Shown: positions 56,069 to 64,000 of the stretch, piece by piece | Position numbering within the stretch: position 1 is the first letter of the stretch | How the letters are laid out: every line of letters starts with the position of its first letter | Source: a virus | IMG/VR virus record: IMGVR_UViG_3300027736_002225 | Strand: one strand, 5' to 3' | Length of the DNA: 64,000 nt | Notes under the pieces: model-generated | Told to the model about the DNA's origin: nothing | Databases searched by the model: none | What the model saw: the letters and a program-made list of their open reading frames with translations, nothing else | Made by a program: the position numbers and the translations under genes

Positions 56069-57364
56069 TTACATTAAATTCAATACTTGCGTACGACGAT
56101 AGTATTGATTACGGTTAGCTGTAAAGCTATCTGCGTCATTTGCGCCTGCTGAGTTAACAACATATGGGTTAGCAATTAGACCGTAACGTGTCTTAAAGCC
56201 AATCTTTGGCTGGAAGCTGTTAGGATCAACTGCGCGAACCATTTGTAGAGGAACATATGGGCAATAGAACATACCTGCATCATAAGGAGAAGAACCCTTA
56301 TAACCAACCATGTAGAATTGGCTTGCTGCGCCTAGATTTGATGAATACGGATCAATGTAAACTCTGTAACGTCCATTTAGAACACCAGCGAATGTATTGC
56401 CTGTATCGTCAACATTTAGACCTGTGCTCAATGCTGGAGCGTAGTCTAGAACACCGGACATAGCTAATGCGCTTGCAACGTCTGCAGAGCAAACGATGAA
56501 GTTACCTTTGCCACGACGTGTGTCTTGTGCAATGTGGTTAGCATCACGTTCAATGTTGAACAATAGACCTTTGAAACGCTCTACAGACCAACGTCCGTTA
56601 GAATCAACGTCTAAGTCAAATGTACCTGCGGTCGCTGTTGCAGGAGAACCTGGCTTAGCTACACCATAGATTGTACGAACAACTTCGCGGTTAATTTCAA
56701 ACATGAATTCTTGGGATAGAATGTTTGACAATTCTGCTTCAGCGTCAAGACCATGAATTGCTTTCAAATCTTGTGCTAATTCAACGGTGTATTCTGCTTT
56801 TAACGCACGTGACTTAGCAGTAACTGTAGTCTTGTCAATGCTGAAAGACATTTCGTTAAATGCTTGGCCGCCGGATGTACCTTGAGCTTCAGCCGCTGCT
56901 GTCGTTGTACCTGCACCAGTTGTATAAGCACCAGAAACTGGGTTATTACCTGTTGTGCTAACTGCGTTACCAGAGAACGATGTATTTGCTTCGTTGAACA
57001 ATGCTTCTACACGTGTTGTAGTATTAGCACGCTCGCCGCTATACATAGATCTCATTGCAAAGATTAAGCCTGTTGGACCAGTCATTGGCTGAACACCGCA
57101 AATGTCATATGCCATTAAGTTAGGCATTGCACGGCGAACTAAACCAATCATGATTGGGTCATACTTGTCAATACCGCCAGTTGCGCTGATATTGTTGCCT
57201 GGAGCTGCCTCGAACAATGCATTACGCTCTTCACGTAATGAACGCTCTTGGTTCTCTAAAAGAACAGAAGTAACAGCTTTCTTGTAGCTATCCTTGATCT
57301 CTGGAAGATCTGGGTGCTCAAGAATGGCTTGCCATTTTTGTTGTAGGTTTTCCGATAAAAACAT
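56069..57364 (-). CDS. 23: major capsid protein (gp23)
   Basis: GVQPMTGPTGLIFAMR, ELAQDLKAIHGLDAEAEL, YCPYVPLQ, GFKTRYG. Confidence 0.98.
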   Translation of the reverse strand: MFLSENLQQKWQAILEHPDLPEIKDSYKKAVTSVLLENQERSLREERNALFEAAPGNNISATGGIDKYDPIMIGLVRRAMPNLMAYDICGVQPMTGPTGLIFAMRSMYSGERANTTTRVEALFNEANTSFSGNAVSTTGNNPVSGAYTTGAGTTTAAAEAQGTSGGQAFNEMSFSIDKTTVTAKSRALKAEYTVELAQDLKAIHGLDAEAELSNILSQEFMFEINREVVRTIYGVAKPGSPATATAGTFDLDVDSNGRWSVERFKGLLFNIERDANHIAQDTRRGKGNFIVCSADVASALAMSGVLDYAPALSTGLNVDDTGNTFAGVLNGRYRVYIDPYSSNLGAASQFYMVGYKGSSPYDAGMFYCPYVPLQMVRAVDPNSFQPKIGFKTRYGLIANPYVVNSAGANDADSFTANRNQYYRRTQVLNLM

Positions 57365-57393
57365 TTTTTTCTCCTTGATTAGTAGCGTGAAAA

Positions 57394-58521
57394 TTACGCT
57401 CTTTTAAATGATCTTGAAAGCGCTTGTGCATATACAGAAACAGTCGAAGTACCTTCTGAAAGTTCAGTAGGAATATCGTTGTCTTCTGTTAGAGTTTGCT
57501 GGGACTGAACAGATACTTTACCTTCTGTCACAATATTCTTTGGAAAATAATTCTCTTTAATTACAGAAACTTTTTCTCTGTAAAGATCTTCATTTTCAAA
57601 GTCAACACCTTCTAATAATTTACCCAATTTTGCAGCTTCTGTGTTAGCCAAATCTTTGGATAATTCTTCTATAATTGCAGCGCGCTTTAAAGAAATAACT
57701 TCTTTATTGAGTTCTACACTGTTGCCAATAGCTTCATCTAATTTTGTAGATAGTTCTTCAGCCTTAGCTTGTAGTTCACCGATTACATCGTATTTTTCTT
57801 CAGGCACTTCAATGTAGTGTTCTTTGAATAGTACCTTTAGTCCAGACATGAAATCTTCTGCAATCTCTGTGCGAAGACCATTTTCTAGAGCTAGTTCATT
57901 CTCTTTCATCCAGTTCTCAACTACATAGTTAAGATATGAATCAATTTTTTCAACAATGCCATCTTTGTATTCTGCAACATCTGCCGCATATTTTTCTTCT
58001 AACGATGCAGCAACTTTGTCCATTTCCGAATTTACGCGAGCAATAACGGCTGCTTCAAAAATAGATGTTGCTTTAGCTTTGAAATCTTCGGATAGATCAT
58101 CGCCAAAAATTGGGGATAGATCAATAACTCCGTTTGTTTCTTCTTCAGCAATTGTCTCACCTTCTTCTTCAGATTCTTCACCAACTGGTGTGTTACCTGC
58201 AGAATTTGGCTGATTAACTGCAGAAGCTAAATCGCCAACTGTTTGGAAGTTAGGAGTAGCGCCAGGGCCTTTTGCTGTTAAAGTATTTTGTTTAATACTT
58301 TTAGCGGAAATTGCGCCTTGGTTTTCTTCTTTCTCATCGCGATCTTCTTCGGTTCCAGCGTCCTGAGATGAGCCTTGTCTTGGCATAGAAGCGTCTCCGC
58401 TAACTGCTGCTTTGATTGAAGAATCTTTTGGGGAGCTAGGGCTCATTGCATCTGCTTCTTCTAAGCTAGCTTTAGCATTTACTTGCTCTAGCAATTGTTT
58501 GATTTTGCTTTCTACTGACAT
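57394..58521 (-). CDS. 22: prohead scaffold protein (gp22)
   Basis: IFEAAV, YLNYVVENWM, acidic; synteny. Confidence 0.92.
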   Translation of the reverse strand: MSVESKIKQLLEQVNAKASLEEADAMSPSSPKDSSIKAAVSGDASMPRQGSSQDAGTEEDRDEKEENQGAISAKSIKQNTLTAKGPGATPNFQTVGDLASAVNQPNSAGNTPVGEESEEEGETIAEEETNGVIDLSPIFGDDLSEDFKAKATSIFEAAVIARVNSEMDKVAASLEEKYAADVAEYKDGIVEKIDSYLNYVVENWMKENELALENGLRTEIAEDFMSGLKVLFKEHYIEVPEEKYDVIGELQAKAEELSTKLDEAIGNSVELNKEVISLKRAAIIEELSKDLANTEAAKLGKLLEGVDFENEDLYREKVSVIKENYFPKNIVTEGKVSVQSQQTLTEDNDIPTELSEGTSTVSVYAQALSRSFKRA

Positions 58522-58550
58522 TAGTGTCTCCTAAATGGATTGTTTCAAAT

Positions 58551-58558
58551 TATTTATA
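58551..58558 (-). promoter_or_regulatory. T4-type late promoter
   Basis: TATAAATA upstream of gp22. Confidence 0.75.
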
Positions 58559-58565
58559 AGTTTAC

Positions 58566-59216
58566 TTACCTAGACATTCTAGACATAAACTCTTCAAACA
58601 TCTTTAGTTTAACAGATTCTAACTGTCCCTTAGATGCGCCCTTTAATGTTCGTTGTGCTTTTTCGACATCAACTGATCTCCAAAGACCGTTTTCGCATAT
58701 CCATTCAGCAGATTCATAAATGCCTTGAACAAAAGCATCATGGGCCGATGGATCAGCAACAATGTCTACGGTTGCAAGATGAAAATCATCTTGTACTTCA
58801 TTTACACCTTCTTTATTAAGTTTTAATGAACCTAATCCTCTAGAAGAAACACCAAGTCTTACGCCGTTCTCAATTAAATTGCGAGCAATGTTGCCCATTG
58901 GTGTTTCTAAAATTTTTGCCTTGCCCATAACATTATTACCTTCAAATTTTAATTGAGTAATAAGGTGAGAACATTTATCCAAATTTAATGTTGGGTTTGC
59001 AGGGTGTCCCAATTCGCCTAGTGATCTTTTTTCGTCAATAAGCTTTTGGTATCTACCTAATTCTTTTTCCATAATGTCGCGCTTATATAAACGTCCATTA
59101 CGATTTGGTTGTTCTGTTTGCATAAAGATGCCTTCAATAAAGACATTTTTTCCGCCGCCTACTTTATCCTCAACCAAATATTGTAGGTCTTGTGCTACTT
59201 CTGTAATTAGTCTCAT
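58566..59216 (-). CDS. 21: prohead protease (gp21)
   Basis: NRNGRLY, GELGHP, GVSSRGLGS, DIVADPS. Confidence 0.95.
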   Translation of the reverse strand: MRLITEVAQDLQYLVEDKVGGGKNVFIEGIFMQTEQPNRNGRLYKRDIMEKELGRYQKLIDEKRSLGELGHPANPTLNLDKCSHLITQLKFEGNNVMGKAKILETPMGNIARNLIENGVRLGVSSRGLGSLKLNKEGVNEVQDDFHLATVDIVADPSAHDAFVQGIYESAEWICENGLWRSVDVEKAQRTLKGASKGQLESVKLKMFEEFMSRMSR

Positions 59217-59229
59217 TTAAATTCCTATA

Positions 59230-59643
59230 TTAATTTGGAGCAGTTTGGAAATTAGGGCCTTCATACCCTGTTCGTTTGCCTAATACCAAATACAACATTC
59301 CACCCGTTGCCGGTAATTGCACTGTTATATTTGCATTTGCACTTATATCATCAACAAATCCTGCGCCTTGATCTAATTCCCAATCTTGACCGCCGTATAA
59401 TATCATTACATTTGACGCAGATGCAGAAGAAACGCCTCTTTGAACTAAGACAGGTACACCCGAGGCATCTGTAGAACTCCACATTGCTGTTTTAATTGTA
59501 ACATTTGTATTTGCAAAACCTAGAAAAGTTTCTTCCGGTTGTGTAAGATCTGCTCTCAAATCCAAGTTAGCCATTCCGCTACCAATGAACTTAACAACTG
59601 CTTGTTGTCTTACATTTTTAAGTATTGTGGTTGTTACCGGCAT
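59230..59643 (-). CDS. hypothetical protein in the head module
   Basis: 137-aa beta-rich ORF between the prohead genes. Confidence 0.65.
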   Translation of the reverse strand: MPVTTTILKNVRQQAVVKFIGSGMANLDLRADLTQPEETFLGFANTNVTIKTAMWSSTDASGVPVLVQRGVSSASASNVMILYGGQDWELDQGAGFVDDISANANITVQLPATGGMLYLVLGKRTGYEGPNFQTAPN

Positions 59644-59652
59644 TTTGTCCTC

Positions 59653-60687
59653 TTATTTTTTCTCTTCGGGTTTCGGAATACTACTTGGCGTACGAGCTAG
59701 ACTAGCATCGCTCTTAGCACGCTGTTTATTTTCTGCATTCCATAATCTTTGAGCAGCACTCATACGGGCTTCTGCAACTTCAGTATCTTCTTTATTCAAT
59801 CTTTTTTCTGCCCTAGTAATACCAAGGCTTCTTTGTATAAATTTATGACCTGCCTCATTGCCGGTCTTAGGATCATTATCTTTTAACGCTTTACCTATTT
59901 TAGTAAATTGTTTATCTTGATCTGCTTCTGCTTTTTTATTATAAGAATACACAGTATCTTTATTTAATTCTTCAATTGGTTCAACTTCTTCTTTTGCTAA
60001 ACGGTCAATTGCCTTATTAACATTATTTTGTCTTTTCCAAGATTTTTCTTTATAATCTTGCGATAGTTTAGCACTTGCCTGTTTCATGCCTGGGCTTTTT
60101 GCTCTTATGCCTTTATTCTCAAAATCTGCTGCAATTTTACGTTGAATTCCAGCACTGCGAGCCGCGCCTTTAGCATAAGCCGCAAGAGTAGATTTTGATA
60201 ATTCATCTAACTCCTCAACTTCTTCGCCCAACTCTTCAGAAGATTTCATATAATCCAATGATGTTGTAATATAATCTTCTGCTTTTGTTATTTTTGCCTG
60301 CACCCACTCTGGAAGATTTTCATCTTCTTCGAGCATATCTTTTAATTCTGCAGCATTTCTACAAATTGTTTGTAATTGTGTCTTGGCCATGGCGCCTTCA
60401 TAATCATACTCGCCTTCATCTTTGGCTTCTGCCATATCTTCTTTTTTCTTTTTCTTGGCAATAGCAATTGCGGCTTGTTGTGCAGCATTTGCAGCTTCAT
60501 CCACATTTTCATTTCTTTTAGATGCATACGAGGCACCAAGGGCCATACGAATACGTTCTTTTTTGCTTTTGCCAGCAAATTTTGGGTTGTCTGAATGAAC
60601 AAAATCGTCTATCCATTTACCCGTAGGATCAGAAGCCTTTAAGACTTCTAATAAAGAATCTTCTCTAAATTGATTAAATTTCTTCAT
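59653..60687 (-). CDS. putative prohead core/internal polyprotein
   Basis: Basic modules separated by acidic EE-x-x-x-x-x-E linkers. Confidence 0.6.
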   Translation of the reverse strand: MKKFNQFREDSLLEVLKASDPTGKWIDDFVHSDNPKFAGKSKKERIRMALGASYASKRNENVDEAANAAQQAAIAIAKKKKKEDMAEAKDEGEYDYEGAMAKTQLQTICRNAAELKDMLEEDENLPEWVQAKITKAEDYITTSLDYMKSSEELGEEVEELDELSKSTLAAYAKGAARSAGIQRKIAADFENKGIRAKSPGMKQASAKLSQDYKEKSWKRQNNVNKAIDRLAKEEVEPIEELNKDTVYSYNKKAEADQDKQFTKIGKALKDNDPKTGNEAGHKFIQRSLGITRAEKRLNKEDTEVAEARMSAAQRLWNAENKQRAKSDASLARTPSSIPKPEEKK

Positions 60688-60844
60688 TTTCCTTGCCTAT
60701 GCTGGCTGCAATTTCTTGTTTTTTATCGTCTAATGCTGCGGATAATTTAAATCCTAAAGCATCGTTAAATCTATTAACTGCGTCATTTGAGCGATCTGCT
60801 AAAATGTCGTCTACCATGTGTCTAATAACTTCTGATGTATCCAT
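60674..60844 (-). CDS. small prohead core protein (gp67-like)
   Basis: Hand-read 56-aa ORF MDTSEVIRHMVDDILAD... immediately after the portal gene. Confidence 0.7.
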   Translation of the reverse strand: MDTSEVIRHMVDDILADRSNDAVNRFNDALGFKLSAALDDKKQEIAASIGKENEEI

Positions 60845-60847
60845 AAT

Positions 60848-62383
60848 TTACCCCTGCGGTTGCTCTATAGGTTGACCATCCATACCCAATGTAGGTGGAG
60901 GTTCTGCTGCCATTTGTTTTTCCATTGTCTCAATTTCGTCAATGGTCATTCTTAACACATTTCTCATTATATATTCTTTACTAAAATACGTTCCAACGTA
61001 TGGTTGCATCTGATTCAATACGTCAATTCTATTACGAAGATTTTCTGCATCTTTCATTTCCGCAAAATATTGATCTTGTGCAAATTTAAATTGAATTACC
61101 TCTTTAAATTGTACCCAGTCTTGTTCAGTAATAACGCCAGTTAAAATTAACTGCGTTTTCAATATATCATGAAATAATTGACTAAATTTCTTGCGAAGTC
61201 GGCCAACAAATTTTGCAAATTTTAATTCATCTCTAGTTATCTCTGTTGCTCTACCAAAAGAAATACCCTGTTGTGCTTGCATTCTTGATAAAGGAACATT
61301 CAATGCCTGATATAATTTATTCTGAAAATAATGAATATCGTCAATCTGACCTAAATTTTCTCCACCTGGTAATGTAGTAATCTCAGTACCACGTCCACCT
61401 TCTCTTCTAGGTAGCCAAAAATCCTCAAGCATCGACATAAATTTGCGATCGTCTCTTATTTCGCCTGTTGCAGAATCATAGACAATCTTATTACGATAGC
61501 GAGCCATAATATCCTTAAGATATTGCTCGGCTTTCAACTTAGGCAAATTGCCCACATCAATATAAAATATTCTTCTTTCTGGTGCTCTTGATAACCTATA
61601 GATTACCAACGCATCTTCCATCATCTTTAACTGATTCACCGGTTTAATTGCTTTATGCAAATAACTTAAAACAACATTCTTCTCGGAATCATTTAAACCG
61701 GAAGGAGCATAACTAACAGAATCCAAAGATATACGTAGACCTTGATTCGCACCCGTCGCCGCAGTCTGATAATTTGGCTGATAATTTATGCCTTTTTCAT
61801 TATAGATGAAAAATTCTTCAATTGATTTAATAAGATCAATGCCGGTCTTTTGATCTTTATCTTTTTTAATCTCTCTGACCTTACGAATTTTTCGTGGGTC
61901 AATTTGTCTTAACTCAATGATGCCCCTTTTAGGATTTTTCTCATCAATAATCTTTTGATAATAAATTCTACCATCCACATACCATCTACGGAATATATCA
62001 AATCCTTTTATATTGAATCCAAGAAGTCTAACAATTACGCTAAACTGATCTTCAATTGCCTTCTTAATGTTATCAGGAACATCAAGCCCATCTAAATTAA
62101 TTTGTACAACCGCCTCGTCCTCAACCGCCGCAATTGCCTCGGTTACAATTTCATCAATTGCTGTAGAACAATCAGCATACATGGATGCTTCACGATATCG
62201 GGTAATTAACTCTGCCTCTGATTTCGCAGTTGCATCCATTTCTAAGTATGTTCCGAAGTAACCGCCACCTTGTACCGTTGCGGTTCCATCTTCAGTAGTA
62301 GGTGGCACAAACGATTGTGTTCGTGCCAATTTACTCACATCATTATCACGGCTAATTGTGTAGCCGAATATATTAATTGCCAT
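60848..62383 (-). CDS. 20: portal protein (gp20)
   Basis: RWYVDGR, RAPERRIFYIDVGNLP, EDFWLPRREGGRGTEI. Confidence 0.98.
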   Translation of the reverse strand: MAINIFGYTISRDNDVSKLARTQSFVPPTTEDGTATVQGGGYFGTYLEMDATAKSEAELITRYREASMYADCSTAIDEIVTEAIAAVEDEAVVQINLDGLDVPDNIKKAIEDQFSVIVRLLGFNIKGFDIFRRWYVDGRIYYQKIIDEKNPKRGIIELRQIDPRKIRKVREIKKDKDQKTGIDLIKSIEEFFIYNEKGINYQPNYQTAATGANQGLRISLDSVSYAPSGLNDSEKNVVLSYLHKAIKPVNQLKMMEDALVIYRLSRAPERRIFYIDVGNLPKLKAEQYLKDIMARYRNKIVYDSATGEIRDDRKFMSMLEDFWLPRREGGRGTEITTLPGGENLGQIDDIHYFQNKLYQALNVPLSRMQAQQGISFGRATEITRDELKFAKFVGRLRKKFSQLFHDILKTQLILTGVITEQDWVQFKEVIQFKFAQDQYFAEMKDAENLRNRIDVLNQMQPYVGTYFSKEYIMRNVLRMTIDEIETMEKQMAAEPPPTLGMDGQPIEQPQG

Positions 62384-62403
62384 TATTTAAATCCAAAAAT
62401 AAA

Positions 62404-62964
62404 TTATACAATGCTGCTAGTTAAAGATTGTACGGTAAACGATTGATATTGGAATGTCACAGAGAATGTAGATAATTGATCGTTAGCCGCAAAATCTAAT
62501 CCAATTGGAGAAATATCTGTTGGGAACGCATCTCTTAAATTGTATTGACGAATTGCAACACCTTTTCTATTCAATTGTACAACATCAATAGTTTGTTGAT
62601 ATAACAAAGGTAACATTTCGCCAGTCTTTGCAGTATTGCTTTCAATAAGATTCATCCATTTTTCTAAAGCATTTCTTAAAGTAAAATCACTGTCATTAAT
62701 AATAGTACAAGTAAACGGCGCAAATACTTTATCTCCGGCCAATTTAATTTCGCGACCCCTGTAATAAACAGGAGTAACTCCAATTGTCTGGCCAGGCAAT
62801 TCTGCAATATTAACCAAATAACTTGATATATCAGATTGAATACCTGCAGGTTGAGCAACCGAAGGAAAGTGTATGTCAATTCTAAATTGATTTGGACGGG
62901 CACCGCCGTCGCCCAATCTTGCTTTAAATTGATCTATATTAAAAGGAATCGTTTCTAATGCCAT
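62404..62964 (-). CDS. 19: tail tube protein (gp19)
   Basis: GARPNQF, YRGREIKLAGD, FPTDISPI. Confidence 0.92.
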   Translation of the reverse strand: MALETIPFNIDQFKARLGDGGARPNQFRIDIHFPSVAQPAGIQSDISSYLVNIAELPGQTIGVTPVYYRGREIKLAGDKVFAPFTCTIINDSDFTLRNALEKWMNLIESNTAKTGEMLPLLYQQTIDVVQLNRKGVAIRQYNLRDAFPTDISPIGLDFAANDQLSTFSVTFQYQSFTVQSLTSSIV

Positions 62965-62979
62965 TTGGTTTCTCCGTTA

Positions 62980-64000
62980 TTATGCGCCAACTTCTTCAAA
63001 CGAAATGCCCGATCTTGTAGCAATAAATGTCAATGATATGAAATTAATAGAACGTGCTGGCTTGACAAATATGTCTGCTCTAAATTCATTTCTATCAATT
63101 ACATCACCGGTGTTGTTTGTGTCATCGCAAACAACTTTGAAATCCGTAATGCCACGTCGACCTTGAACATCTCTTAAGAAAGGCTCTATTAGATTTCTAA
63201 ATTGTGATCTTGTAAACGGATCGTTAAATTCAAATAATTGGAATTTTGCAGCAGTTGCAATTGCTTTTTCCAATACAATAAACAATCTACGAACATTAAT
63301 TCTATCAAATGCGCTAGGTTTTGACAACATAGTTTTGTCGCCGTATAGAATTGTTCCTTGACCGGGGAAGGATACTACAGGATTAACACCTGCTTTGTAT
63401 AATGTATCCCTATCCGTCTTAGAAGGATTAAATGCTAGTTTAACAACATTTCTAATTTGACCTCTAGAGAATCCGCCTGGGCTAAACCAAGGATCTGTTA
63501 GAGAATCAGTTCTCACGCATAGACCAGCAATGTCGCCATTTAATGGAACCCAACGATATTTGTCGTTATATCTATCATACTGATATTTCCATCCGGAATC
63601 CATAACAGCATAACTAGAATTAATATTTAATGTATTATTTCTCCAAGAAACAACGCTGCTTGCTTGAGTAGAAGGAGAAACATTTACAACAGATTCCAAA
63701 CTAGGAGATACAAATACTACGCAATCTTTTCTATCTTCTGCAATTGCAACTAAGTTAGAAACAACTGCTGCGGTATTTGACCAAGGTCCTGCAGGAATTA
63801 AATTAATATCATACAACTCATCGTTTGAGAAGTTGTTAAATCCTGCAATTACGTTACCTGCAGAAATATTTGCTTCGTCAGAAACGCCTTTGCTGAACGA
63901 TACTGATACATTTGTGCTAAGATTTCCAAATGCTCTGCCAACAACTGTGGTTCCCCATGTTGCAGTATTTGCAACTGAAGTTAATGGATGGTCCATAGAC
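62980..64000 (-). CDS. 18: tail sheath protein (gp18), 5'-truncated by the window edge
   Basis: PWFSPGG, FDRINVRRLF, FEFND, KPARSINFI. Confidence 0.95.
   Translation of the reverse strand, partial: SMDHPLTSVANTATWGTTVVGRAFGNLSTNVSVSFSKGVSDEANISAGNVIAGFNNFSNDELYDINLIPAGPWSNTAAVVSNLVAIAEDRKDCVVFVSPSLESVVNVSPSTQASSVVSWRNNTLNINSSYAVMDSGWKYQYDRYNDKYRWVPLNGDIAGLCVRTDSLTDPWFSPGGFSRGQIRNVVKLAFNPSKTDRDTLYKAGVNPVVSFPGQGTILYGDKTMLSKPSAFDRINVRRLFIVLEKAIATAAKFQLFEFNDPFTRSQFRNLIEPFLRDVQGRRGITDFKVVCDDTNNTGDVIDRNEFRADIFVKPARSINFISLTFIATRSGISFEEVGA

Noticed and set aside
411-62903. Many short ORFs in the track that overlap core genes (e.g. 411-641, 33453-33881, 60693-60875)
   Set aside because: Antisense or alternate-frame shadows of well-supported genes, with no motifs.
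1-64000. Alternative genetic code
   Set aside because: Core genes are full length in code 11, and TAA, TGA and TAG all occur as stops.

Overview
64 kb from a large, AT-rich T4-like (Tevenvirinae-type core) myophage. Most genes are on the minus strand. It carries the T4 virion module (gp18 partial, gp19, gp20, gp67-like, gp21, gp22, gp23, gp3) and the replication, recombination and late-transcription genes (uvsY, uvsW, gp55, gp47/gp46, gp45/44/62, regA, gp43, uvsX, gp41). Three accessory blocks sit inside this core. (1) 44.7-51.5 kb: a 7-deazaguanine DNA-modification cluster (queE, folE, queD, a second QueD-like T-fold protein, a DpdA/TGT-fold transglycosylase) with no queC in the window and two GT-B glycosyltransferases in the cluster. 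It suggests a possibly undescribed glycosylated deazaguanine; queD has a switch-like RNA leader. (2) 21-37.4 kb: a ~16 kb NDP-sugar/glycosyltransferase operon behind a T4 late promoter (gmd, GT10, rfbH, split YerE-like TPP enzyme, mini E1alpha-beta fusion, heptose genes, FkbM). (3) 10.3-18 kb: a host-manipulation island (signal-less sensor domain, DUF4337, LpxH-like/GT2, PbpG-like peptidase, tRNA-CAT, hsp20, iscU/erpA) with a ~250-nt multi-pseudoknot RNA ending in a ROSE-like thermometer. Other observations are an attenuator-like leader at the left end and a G-rich hexamer array in the 5' UTR of the cobS-like gene. Host-derived genes point to a betaproteobacterial host (inference). All calls come from motif recognition by eye; no searches were run.
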